From Raillietiella orientalis (lineage: Eukaryota), in contig JAYWIR010000023.1 in the NCBI GenBank assembly GCA_036172245.1, positions 2,914,001-2,978,000 on the forward strand: 64,000 nucleotides of DNA. The letters are read 5' to 3'. The translations under genes and the position numbers were made by a program. The notes beneath the pieces are model-generated. The model was not told the origin of the DNA, ran no database searches, and saw only the letters and a list, made by a program, of their open reading frames with translations. Positions 48,901 to 61,551 of this stretch are shown one piece after another. Position 1 is the stretch's first letter. Each line of letters starts with the position of its first letter.

Positions 48901-50290
48901 GTGGCTTCTTCAGAATAAATCGGAGTTCCAAACAACTACCATTTTTAGTAATACCAAAAAAAAAAACAATATCTGTACAGTTTTGTTTTGCAGCAGCCGT
49001 TCTTCACGATTTGTTAGACGCTTACCGAAAAATCATACTCTCCTGCCACTACCGAATAAATCTCTAGACTTCAAATGATGTCATACGATGCATGTGCATT
49101 TATTCCTTCTACCTGAAAGTCGTGAATTCCCGCGGACCTGGCGAGAGCAGAATGAAATCCTTAAAGGATCTGAAGAGAGTGTGCTGACCACGCAAGGAAT
49201 AGTTTGAATTTGGAGACAGTCTTCTTCAGCCTTAAAAAGTTGTCTCTGCTATATTGTCTATATTTTAAAAACTCATAAACCTTGGAGAAAATGAAAGCAT
49301 TTGTTCTTCCAGTAGGCTTATCTGAGGTCTCAGGAGTTTCTGCCAACAAGTGATTCATCAGTGGTAGTATTTCACAATCGTTCCAGATACAGCAACCGAA
49401 GTTACATGAAGAGTTCAAAGCCACATGTGTATTGCTCCCAAATCCATTAAGAGAATAGACTTTCATGGATACATACAGTAATTGAAGTGGGTCAACATCT
49501 AAGACCCCATTACTTTAGATACACTAGTCCATCAAAGGAATTGACCAAGATCAATTGAAAGTCGAATAGAATGAGTCAATCAATAAGTTTCTTTTGAATT
49601 GGACAGAACGGTCCACAAGATTTCTGGCAATTTGTTTATCAACTTTGATGTTTTATCGATTGTCCAACAGTACCACGAGATACTCTACTTCAGTTCTTAC
49701 AAGAATAGCCGCAAGGTTGGTTCTTCCATCAACAGAGCTGACCAGGGGCATCTTGAATCAAAAAACAAAAAATGTTACCAACTACCATTATCGAATTGCG
49801 ATGATTTTCTGTGTTACTACAAAGAACCTTTCAGTAGCTACAGGATTAAATTATCTTTCTTTTTTCTGCAATTAATTATCAAAAAGTGGATGAAATTGAA
49901 GCTAAGTATTTGAATGATGCATGGACTCGGGAAACTATTTTGCTCGATATGTCGTTTTTTTGGGTTCGATAAGTACCTCAGAGCCGGTCGCGTGCCTCGC
50001 GGCTCACGTGGCTCTTTTAAACACACTGTTTTGTTTCCACGCCTCTCCCCTGCGACAACCCCGCAGGGGATCGACTAATTCTTCAGGATAGGGAGCACCC
50101 CGTGATGGGGGTCCTCCCTATGAATCCAGGAAGGGCTCGGAGTCCGTTCCTCTCACGCTTGGGGAGGGGATCCCCCCGGATGGGGGGGGATCGCACCTTC
50201 CACCCTGGTTGTCTCCGGAGGGACACCCTCCTAATGGGGAGGATTGTCCTCTCCATTTCATCTTCTCCGAAGGCAACCCGGAAAGGATCG

Positions 50291-51022
50291 CTAGTAGGGA
50301 TTTCTTCTCCGGAAGGAACCCGCAAGGGAACCGCTCCTGTTCACTCCTCTGAAGAGAACCCCGAAGGGACACTTCCGAAACTCAGAAGGGGCGCTGCAGC
50401 TTCCCGCAGGGAATCGCTCTCGCTTGCTTCCTTGTGCACTCTGTGAAGAGGCGACGACTCGGAGGGACCCCCCGCAACAGGGTGGTCTGCTCCTTTGAAC
50501 AACTGAAGAGGTGCCCGTGAGGACTCCTACTCCATCTTGAAACCGGAGGGAGGTTCTCCATTGCACGACAGGAGGGGGAACTCCCACTCCTTTATTCCTG
50601 GGAGGACCCGAAGGTCGACTCCCATTGTTCCGGCCTTCATCGGGGGCCTCCGGCTCAATCCACCGCCGGTGCCACGCCCGAATGATTAGGCCAACCAGCG
50701 CCATCTTGCAGGAGAAACTCGGAACCCAACGACGCAGTGGCTCAGTTTCTGCCGGAGTATTCGAATCCGCTACGCATAGTGCCACGCGCGGAAGCCTTAA
50801 CCACAAAGCCTCCGATGCGGGCCTCGAACTATCTTTTATGAGGAACAAATCAGGACAATGTTGGTACATGTGCTTAGCTGTATGCCGAAGCGTTTTCCCA
50901 TATTCAGTTATCTGATTGTAATAAACCTTTGAATACATCTTTAGCACCGCCAATTAAGAATAACGGTGAGTTTCCTCAACTTGGTTGACCATGTTCTCCA
51001 AGGCTTTTTTTACTTGAATCAT
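50291..51022 (-). pseudogene. Interrupted ORF of unknown family in a GC-rich island (possible mobile-element or viral relic)
   Basis: ATG at 51022 gives MIQVKKALENMVNQVEETHRYS, then one in-frame TAA (50956-50954), then the 220-codon open frame 50953-50291 (LAVLKMYSKVYYNQITEYGKTLRHTAKHMYQHCPDLF...). The first ~65 codons lie in AT-richer DNA and read like a helical protein. I recognise no family. Confidence 0.3.
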
Positions 51023-54000
51023 GGAGTGCCGTTTTCAAACGTTGTTTTAACGGAACCAGACGATCTCGCATCCTGAACAAAATACGGAGAATGGACGGAA
51101 AGATTTCCACGTCTAAAAACATCAATGGAGACGAGAATCTATGGTTTATCTCACAATACTATCTTAACAGCTTCATCCATGCTTGCATGATCAGCCTTTC
51201 ATGCGTCTGAATTCGAAGTACAAGGTGAAAATCGAGTGCGCGAATGCTAAGCATCACCTTTATACAGTGAGTTTCCTGTACAAACAGATTTTCGGTCAAC
51301 CAGCCTGCCGATCCTTTGGAAATCAAGAGGATTCTTGGAGCGATCAAGCAAATTTGGAAATCAAGGAAAAGGCAATTTTTCGCGAGGGAAGTACTTTCCA
51401 TGGAGGATGAGTCGAGCTCTTTACCAGGGATTGCCTCAGTCTCGATGGTCTTCGGAAGTTTGAGGGACTGAAAGGCAATCAAGGAGTTCTGTGACCAAGT
51501 CAGAACCGGTACAGAACGGTACAATAAGTGGTTGGAAGGAAGACCACCATTGTTACATGTACGACGTCACTACAGTAATGTAAGTACTACACTATGTAAG
51601 TAGATATCTATATACTGAATACAATATGTATAATCATACAATCTATGAATCATATTGAATGAGTGAGATAACATAATTATTTGTATATGATATTTGATGG
51701 GAGTCACTTCAATCCTAATATAGCATAAATGTACACAGCAGTTTTCTAATTATAACACGTTCAGCATCAGCGTATCAAATTGCTTATGGGCAAAATAAAA
51801 TGCAGAACGAAATATGCATTATGAATGCAAGAGATTATATGAAGAGGAGCCAAATATTATAGACGATGTTCGGTAAGACACTTGGATTTTTCCAGTTTTC
51901 TGGTTGCCATTATCTATCTTTAGTAATAATGAATACATATATTTACATCTTAAATTCGGGATTTTGTAAAGGCATACCACACTTACTGGAGGTCTGCCAA
52001 CACACACACACACACACAGGTATGTAAACAGGAATCCTTCTGCTAAATGATTCCTGCTGATAATGACTAAATGATTGGAGCAATTATATCAATCACCATC
52101 CTTACAGAACGACTGACATCTTTTCCTGCTATACCGTCATTACTGTCCAGTGACCCGTGTCATGTAACTGGATGGTAACGTTTCTCAGAGCTCTTATTAT
52201 CTTGTTTTCGAGTGCTGTGACGTCTCTAGCTCAGAACAACGCCAACCTGTTTCCCTTTTCCAATCCACAACTGAGAATAGTATCCGTCACAGATCACTGT
52301 TCCAGAACACGCGCCCCAGCTAGAACACCAACACAGCTTGTATCGTTCGGCAAGAAATTTCGAACTGGGTGTTTCGTGGCCTCCGTTCGCTCCCCTATAG
52401 GGCTTTGCACGGATGTCCGCACATAGGTAGCAGCTCACATGGAAAAAAAGTGACACATTCTAAATTTAAGTCGATACTTAGCTTGCTCGACACGTGAATT
52501 CTGTGCAAGCCACCAGAAGATCATTGTGAGCTGTACAGACAACAGAGATACACAAATGCACACATAAATGCTTCATTTAATAACAATGCTTTCAAAATTC
52601 ACTTTTTTCCTATTGCGATTACTAATCAGCTTCTGCGGATCGTGATGTACCACTCACTTATATCACAGCACCACAATTCCTACCTATTTCCTGCAAAACG
52701 GAAGATACGAAACAGATGCAGAAACCAGTGCATACGAAGTTGGCCGCGAGCAATCCAAAATCCTCGACAACGAAAGTTCAATTAGAGAGGTCTGAAAAGT
52801 GTGAAGTTCCCCCCTTCATCCCATACACTCACTGAACAGTTCGGCGATGTCGAGCGTGGGGAACCTCAGTACTTCTCCCGCAATGAGGCGAATTCAGCAT
52901 CGCAAATTGCAAACTTTGTCCAGCTTTTCACTCTTGGATCCCACATGGCTTGCTGCTGTTCCATGCACAGGAAGGTCGGAGACGAAACTCTATGGTTTCT
53001 AGCCGCACGGTTGGTGAGGATAGCGTTCGTTAGAGTTTCCATGTTGCCGTCAGATGAAGTGAAGGCGACCGGTTCTGGATCTGAGCATTTGAAATTGCAT
53101 GTAAAGGAAGGGTTTCGGATTGTCCCGAACTGGCGAGGGAAGAGCACCGTAAAGACATCACGGATGAAAGGAACGCCAGCATCCGTCTGGTGTGGAATTT
53201 CCGATGGAGAGACAGACAATTTTCGATTTGAAGCCCAACACGAAAAGTCCAGAATGCACTCTGCCTCCAAGGCACGGGCGAATCGGCAGGATTCGGGGTT
53301 ATCGGGAAGCAAGTACGACAACAAGGGATTGCACCAAACGAGCAACAGTCACGGGGAAATCGAATTCTGGAAATTGTACGAGAGATGTCGCAGAAAATAA
53401 GGATGTCGACTGTTTTTCACTTTGTCCAGTTCGGAAAGAGATGGAAACGAGCAGATCACGTTCCATGGGAAGTCAGGAAGCCACGCGCCATCGTGCAAGG
53501 AAACAGGCGTTTGATCGTGTTTTCGTTCCCAAATGAAGACACGACCAAACGCCTCAAGGTTCGATTCTCAACTCTTGGAGCAACAGAATGGTCAGCTGGA
53601 ACGCAGCAAAGCCAGTTGGTAACCTGAAAGAGGAAAAACTGAAAGATCAAACTATGTGTTCGTTTTCGGCTTACTTGTGCATCACTTTGCCCTCTGGATA
53701 GTGGAGCTTAGTAGAGGAAAATCTCTTGGTTCTTCTTCTCTGAAGGTAGAAGGCGTCCATCCAGGAGAGAAAAGGACACGTTGATTCCGGAACGGAGGAT
53801 CGAAATGGGCAACAATCAAACACTTTGCCAAGAAGACAAATGGTGTACCTGTTGGCAATCGAGAAGCGATCCCATGAAACAGAAAGAAAGAAATCTGACA
53901 GCAAAAGCAAGGAAAAAACTCGTGCTAGAGGCACTCCAATGGGATTCCTCCTCGGGAAAGCCACTGAGCCTTTCCAGATTTCCCTCAGAGTGACGTAGCA

Positions 54001-54227
54001 ATCGCTCAGAAGGAACGGAAATTTTGTATTTTGTAACAGGCAATGTAGGATAGCCTGTCCAGGAATAGCAGCTAGGTGACTGGGTCAACAAAAGTTGGCT
54101 AGATGGATGACGAAAGCTACGACCAAGGTGAAAGCATCAACAATAAACATTAAACATGGAGTCACTAGCAGAGTCCGAAGATTCCTTACGGCAACTTCTG
54201 GGAGCCATCTATAGGTAGGTACAAAAA

Positions 54228-54252
54228 AGAGAGAGAGAGAGAGAGAGAGAGA
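54228..54252. repeat. (AG)12 microsatellite
   Basis: Directly visible. Confidence 0.95.
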
Positions 54253-57200
54253 TGAATCCAATTCAACATCGAACGATAGAGGCTCCAAACAGTCGTCTGG
54301 ACCTGTTAAACGTCGAGATCGTTGAGGTTTAAGTTGTTTCCAAAGCTCTACCGTCTCCTGAAACAGAGGATACTTTCTCTGGCAGAAGGAGAAGAAACAA
54401 AATTTTGCGCGGAGATTATCGAACATACTTTTTTCCTTCTTGAGGAGAGGCTCTCAAAGAAGCGGGAATCAGCAGCCAGGCAGGCTATTATTGCGAGGGA
54501 CTGCATGTTCTCAAGTGTCTTCGCACCTTTCCCGTCATCGGCACAAGAGAAAGACCATACCCTGGGGGGACGAGATGAGCGTGCACTCTTAGAACTGCAA
54601 AACCATACTCAGTCCCTTACATTCCAAATTCTCAACAGTCGAAAAAAAGAAGCACGAAATAAAATTGCAATCCAGAGAGGATTTTCGTGGATCAAGAATT
54701 GGGTGTGGAGTAGGTAGGTATGTGTCTCTCCGGGTACAGACGGATCTGCATGAAAAGAACCCAGAGACAAAGTGACATCAGTGGTATTCTCATCGAAACG
54801 AATTGCAATCTTAGAGAATATTAGAAAAAAAAAATTCAAGAGACCACATGAAGCCGAAAACTGGACGGCTGTCAAACAGATATCGTAAGAGACGAGCCGT
54901 AATTTCACTGGCGTTTGAATCATGGCTGCTCGTTTCCGATACGAAATCAGCGTTGCATCTCATTAGGACTTTCCTTGCTACCAGGGAAACAAGATTTGCA
55001 GCAAAGAATTGATCCCGAATCAATTGTGCTTGCTCTCGTCTGATGTGTCCAGAATCCTAGAAGATATCCAGACGAAAAATTTCGAGAATAGCTGAAAGAA
55101 GAGAAGAGCAGCTTGTTCGTGTCAAGAGCTCCGGAGGTTTAGAAGGAAAACTCAGCACGTGAGGAGGAGCATCCCACAAACGGTTATTAAATGGTCAACT
55201 GCTACAGAGTTGATGGTTGTTGGTTAAGAGGGAAACTGGAGATCATAACCACCATCCACTTTTCGAAATAGGATTTGCAACTATGAGGATAGGATCAAAA
55301 GCGGAACTGAAAGCAAAAAGTTTCTGCATTCTTAGAGAACAATCAAGACGTAGTGAGCTGTGAAAAGAAAAACACACTTCTATAAAATCTTGGAAGCTTT
55401 TTCTCAGCATTCAGCATACGAATATCTTGAGGAAGAATAAGAAGTCGATTGAATTCAATGGCTCTGCTAAAGTATGGGGGTCATCTAGAAACATGACTAA
55501 GCACATCGTTCATTTGGAATCGCTGGGCATTTTCAGCAGTTTGCAGTACCGACAGAGCACACGATTCGTTGGTACGGTAAAACTCTCGAAGTCTAGCAGT
55601 TCTCAATGGTTGCAGTTCACACAGGCAAGAAGTTTTGAAAACTGGAGAACTGAAACATTTTACCCGGAAGAAATGCAAATGACGTCTGACAAGAAGATAC
55701 CATGAAAAGACTATCATGGAGCAATTTTGGCCCACTGAGTTTAATTGCACTGATACAAAGCAAAGTAAGAGGATGCTGTAACAAACGCTGTCAAATCAAA
55801 TGTTGTCTTCACTATGCAAAGATCTAGTCTATTTAGTCCCAAAGTGGGTCAGAACGATTATAGATTCGTATGAACTCGTGGTGCATAAGGAGACAAACAT
55901 TCCACAATTCCAACTCGGAACAAGTCGATTCAGAAACCTGAGATTTCGAATTTTAGCTTTTTAAAGCAATTCAAGCAAGAGTCGCATTACAACATGTTGA
56001 GGTATTTTCGTAGATTTGTATATCGAGGGGCAACATATGCTTGTATAAGTCCACCACTTCAGCTGATATGTTGCACTTGTATCATCACTTGTTCAGACGG
56101 ATTCTCGGATGGCGAAAACCAGCATAAAAAAAAATCCTTTTGGAGTGTCTCTTCAGAAATGAACGTCACCGGTTGGAAAATCTAAAATGCAGGATAGGTG
56201 AATGTCACTCTTGAAGTTGCCCGAAATCGTGAGTTCCAGTCGGAGAAGCAGATTCTTTGCTTTGTGATTTCCAAGTTCTACGGTTTGCATCTCGATTATC
56301 CTTTGACCATGGGGTCAGTTCTGAGGTGACATCTGTCTACGATAAAGGAAACTAGCTTCTTCGGGAGACAAATTCCATTTTTTTTTTTACCTAAAGGATC
56401 TTTTTTTTTTTTTTTTCCTTGAATTTTCATGACTATGATTCTGGGAAGATTGAAGTCTATCAAAACCAACCGTTCTACCTGCTTCCATTTTCTATGTATG
56501 TATAAAGTATGCATATGTGGAAAACAAGAGCGAAGGCAAGTACAAGCAAGCGTGTAGATAGCTCTCCCTTATTTATACTTCTATGTTTCCTTCGTCTTTT
56601 ACCTCTCTTCCCCATTCATCCTTCCATTTTTCCCTCTTCTCTCACAAGGCGGGTGTGTAACGACAACGGGTGAAAAGCATGTGCAATTCCCGAATATCCT
56701 TTCCCTCGTTCTTGTCGAGTAAAGCACGAGCGCATCGCCCAGGCGCCTTCGTTCTGATTTCAAACACCGCGACCGACTGTCCTTCCTTCCAGACACCGTC
56801 GACCAAATTCTTGGAAATATGCTTCGGTGTATGACAGTTGATGCAGCCATCAACTGTCACACACCAATACGTGCTTTCTCCACTCTTTGACGAACGGTCA
56901 CAAAGCTTTGGCGCGTCGTTGCGCCATTCCCAACTCATTTTTGATGCGCAAATAGCTTTTTCCTCTTTTTTGTTACTCGTCCGCAGTGGAGCACGAATCC
57001 TGCTTTGTTAGCATTCAGATGAAATCTTTCTTGATCACGAGAGCTTCCAGAGGGGGGGATGTGTTCCCGCCGCGACCTTTCTCGAGCAGATGGTTCGGAA
57101 ACCAGAAGCAGGCGTTTCTCTGGGTTGATCAGCTGCCTGTGCTCCGCTGCTCGCCCTCTGCCCGAAAGGCGAACCTTGTCCCTTCTCCTCTTCCTCGCTC

Positions 57201-60200
57201 CTCAAATCGCCCCGATGGATTCGAAAAGCTTCGCTCATCTCAAAGTGATTAGCACGACCAGATTTGGCAAAGAAGAACCGACAGCAGTGAATCATGCCAA
57301 GATGGGCAACGATAGAGGGAGGGAGGGAAAATCACACACGGTCCGACGCAAGGATGGTCTCGCCATTCGGTACCGTCGCCTTCCCCTGCGCAAATCCGCG
57401 TGCACCCCTGAATCTCGCACGAGGGCCGCAGGTTTTTCTCTCGCGTGCGCCCACTCGATAAACAGGACGCGTTTTTCCGGAATCCGATCAAACTGTCTGG
57501 CATGCCGTCGTGGAACCAACCCACTCTGCTGGAGATTCAGGAGACCTTGGCTTCCGCTCGAGATTCCGTTTTCACCGCGGATCTTCGAAACGCTTAGGTG
57601 ACGTTACACAATTAATGCATGAGAAATCAGTCCGCTGGATTTTTTTTTTTTTTATTAGCAACATCATCTCTTTGGAATGGTGTTTTGCATCTTCAACTGA
57701 CCTCAGTTTTAGATTATTGTCTCAATGAATCCATCGGAATCCAGATTCTTCCACTAGAAGTGGAATCGTGATTCGAGGTACTGTGGGATTTTCATCTCCA
57801 GAGGTCACTGCATGGAAATGAGTGCATCGATTCAGAAGGTGCAACCAACAGTTCCCTTCATCTTTCTTCCTCTGTTGATTCTCACGAGGGATCGCAGCAT
57901 ATTGTTCGTACCACCTGCGTTATCACCACTCACACATTTGTCACATACCTGAAATACAGCCTCCGTCCATAAACGGCCAGCGCAAAGATGTGTTTAAAAA
58001 ACATGCTGGACTTGAAGGGAAAGCAGCCGGGATGGGAGTCGATAATTGCTCGACCGAAAAAGCTGATTTTTCAATGCTCCACAATTTGTGTTTGGCCTCG
58101 TATTTATGCCGTGGAATAATGAATCTCCGCAGTCCGTTGCAGCTCTTACTCAGGCTCATCAGGAATAAGATGAAACTGCAAAGAGGGGAAAAGGAAAATT
58201 ATCCCTTCTGGAAATCTTGTTATACGTGCCATTCTATATACTTTAAATTTTCGAGGAGTCAATGAGAAGAGGCCAATTAACGCAACCTTTGGTCTTGTAA
58301 ACAGCTCGAATGAGTTAGAGAGCTTAATTTGAGTTTTCTTCGAAATTTATTCATTACAGAATAAAGGAACAGGATTTGTTTTCTCCTCCTGTGCCTCCTT
58401 ATTTCGTAATTACTTGGCGTTGTTTCCGTGATTTGATCCGTTGAGTGGTAATTTCTTTTTACGGAGCTTCTAACTCAGAATTAGGTCATATTCCTCATTT
58501 TTTTTCTTCTTCTTCTTCTTTTTTCACTCGGTTTTATGAATTATACTGGTTTTACACCGTCTATGTCTCCCTCTTCTCATCGGACCAGAGATAGGTCTTT
58601 ATTAAGCTGTATCTGATTTCTGAATCATGTTCTTCATCGTAAAAGCTTTTTGAATTCTTGTCACCATTTGCATAATTCCGTATTAAATGATATATCTTAT
58701 AACAGTAAATACGTAAAAACAAAAATGAAGTCGAAAATTACTCAAGAATTAAAGAAAGGCAGCTATTTGAGCTCACTCCTTCAACATTTGCAAGTTAAAG
58801 AATAAAGCACAAAAACGCAAGAGTGAACACAATTAAAGTTTAAAGACCTTTGCATTCAACATTCACTCAACTTGCATGTCTCAGAGTATCTGTGTATTTT
58901 GGAATAACAGCTGACCACATTTGTGACCTCCAAGAGCGGTTGGTCTCTTGCATACTAATCTCCATCAAACACTGCGAGTAATAACTGTAGCACTCAGCTA
59001 TTTGATATTTTAAATTATTTTTTGCATGTAAATCATTATCTGCATAACCATAAATAAAAAATAGGATCTTTTACTGGAAAAAATTCGAGTTTCAACTGAT
59101 CGTATGTTTACGCGTATCCAGTCGTCATAGGTTCACAGCGTGTTTAACATGTGACTGACATGCAATCTAAAAGAAACACGAAAGGAAAAGTTACGTACTT
59201 TGATAATTGCTTGGTTTTTTTACTTATGTGATACTATCTTAATAACTGTTGATTAGAAATATTAATGTATGTTACTTCCGAATAAACTTTTAACAATAAA
59301 TTATCATTGTCACATATGGCTAATCTTTCTTATTTCAGCATTTCATTCTTCCAATCTTTCAAACTTTAAACATTATTAAAGGATCCAGTATGCAATCATT
59401 TGGATTCGGAAATTCATAAATAAATATAATTTCGAGTAACCATTTATAGCTGATTTCAGTTTTTAATTGTGAACCTTGAAAAGTATATTTAAGAAAACAT
59501 GCACCATGAAAAATACTAAACGCCTTCAAGGGGGCAGTAGAGCTATTTTTAACATTTTCAAAATTTAAAAAGAATCGATATATAAATTAAAAATCAAGTG
59601 TAGTTTGAATCATGTGAATGCTTTCATAAATAGGATTCTCAGTCGATAGATTATGAAGCTTGACTGGAATTTATTTCTTCATCCAATGTAAATCCGTACT
59701 TCGGTCATGTCTTTTAGGAAGACTTAATAAGCTGAAATCACTCAATTAAACAAATGCTTACCTTGAAAGAAATCTTAATACATTGGAAATGTTTAATGTG
59801 GTGTTATCCTAATGGATTAAATTTGAATCATGTTTTGTTTGGACCATGTTGACTAAGTGTAGATTCATATGGCACATCACATTTCATTTTTATATCACAT
59901 TTTGGATATGTCGTGTAAAGAAGCTTCTAAAGAATGTATCAAAAACTACATATGTTTGTGTTTTGAAATTCGTCAAAGCTTTCTGGTATCAGAGAATCTC
60001 AAAGTATTTTGCGTTTTTGAGAGCATTTTGAGAAGGCGTAATCAATGATTTTGAGGGATTCGGTACTTTTAATATCTGTGAGAAAGGTATATACAACGAC
60101 CAGAAGAAATTTATGTATAGAATATTAACATAATCTACTTAAAGTCATGTATGCAACGTGTGGTATAAAAATCTGCGTAATGTAATGGTACAACGTCAAG

Positions 60201-60559
60201 ATGATGTTTCTAAACGTTCTACGCACTTTATGTAATTGAAATTCAACATTCAAGTTTTTAATAACGTTTTGATAAAAGGATAATAAGGTCAATCCACAAA
60301 GGTGGATTGAATTTTCCTTTTCTTTTGCAAATGTGCTCTAAAATTATCCCATCTCTGCTACAGTGTACAGGAAAAAAAAAAGTTGAGCTGGTACGCTTGA
60401 TGTGTTTATGTGTGTATTCATAAGTGGCTGTCTTGTACGCCTGTAATTCGGTTTTCTTGGAATGAAGATGATCTTGAATGTAGTCCACTTAATAAGGAAA
60501 ATTCAGTTTTCCTTCTGAAATTAAGGTAGCCTGCACTTCGATTGACGAACCGATTGACG

Positions 60560-61150
60560 TTCTGGGGGTGTTCCTTTTCCAGATATTTTTCCCATGATTT
60601 TCCAAAACATGTTTCCGAGTGAAAACAATGCGGACACGAAATATTTTGTAGCAATAACTGAAGGCAGTGAGCCCTTTCATGCAAATCACAGTCACACTCG
60701 TTAATGTTGAAATTACGTAGAATATATGTAAAGTATCCAGTTTAACAGATTGAATAAGTAATACGTGTGCCAATCTCGGGAGGTTTCAAACAGTATGGTT
60801 GCAGAAGTTATTCTATGTACACATTTGTAGGAAGTTTTTCTTATAAAAGAACTGAATACATGATGTTAAACATTGGAAACCTGCAGCAAAGGTATGAAAC
60901 TGTTTATGTATCTGCAATAATTTCTTTATAATAATGATGATGATATGAGCTTTGGTGATTCGGAATTTTGGTGCACTTGTAAATGTTTGCAATAGTGTTA
61001 TATATGAGTGTTGCATGAATGGTCTGTGTACAATAAGACTAGTTTGCATGTGGTCATATTACAAATCTTTAACGAATGTAAAATTTGGTTTTGAAATGAA
61101 GGTAGCTAACTCACAGAAATTTATTTTCTGTCATTCTTTGAAAGGCTTCT
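60560..61150 (-). pseudogene. Heavily decayed C2H2 zinc-finger array relic
   Basis: ORF 61049-60813 contains LLQIHKQFHTFAAGFQCLTSCIQFFYKKNFL: L-x2-H-x3-H, a linker with HTGEKPFxC spacing, then C-x3-C-x3-F-x5-L. Neighbouring frames give SCPHC, FTRKHVLENH (F-x5-L-x2-H) and, upstream, QKPFK. No finger is complete in one frame. Confidence 0.45.
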
Positions 61151-61515
61151 GAATTCTGGAATCTTGAGAATCTGGTGGTGTTGGATTCCATATTTCTATA
61201 GGAGTATCATAAGTTTAGATACCAAACATCTGATTCTCCATATTCAAATTATGTTGGTTTGCATGTATAGTGTGACTCCAGTGCTCCAAATATGGTTTGA
61301 TTATGCAGTCCAATGTTTGTTTGAATTAATCATCGAATTGCTTTTTATAAAAGCTCGTAATTGAGCTGTAATGAGTGAAGTGGAGCATCAGATTTATTGA
61401 CCTCTGCTTAGCAGATTAACCATAATATGATATTCAAGGAGATAACTGTGACTCTAAATTACATTTACTATTCTTTTTGTAATCTGCAACATTTTACTCA
61501 CTAAAGGTTAAAGAA

Positions 61516-61551
61516 ATTTTTTTCAGTGAACAACAGTTCACTGAAAAAAAT
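61516..61551. repeat. Perfect 16-bp hairpin, 4-nt loop
   Basis: ATTTTTTTCAGTGAAC (61516-61531), loop AACA, GTTCACTGAAAAAAAT (61536-61551). Confidence 0.93.
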
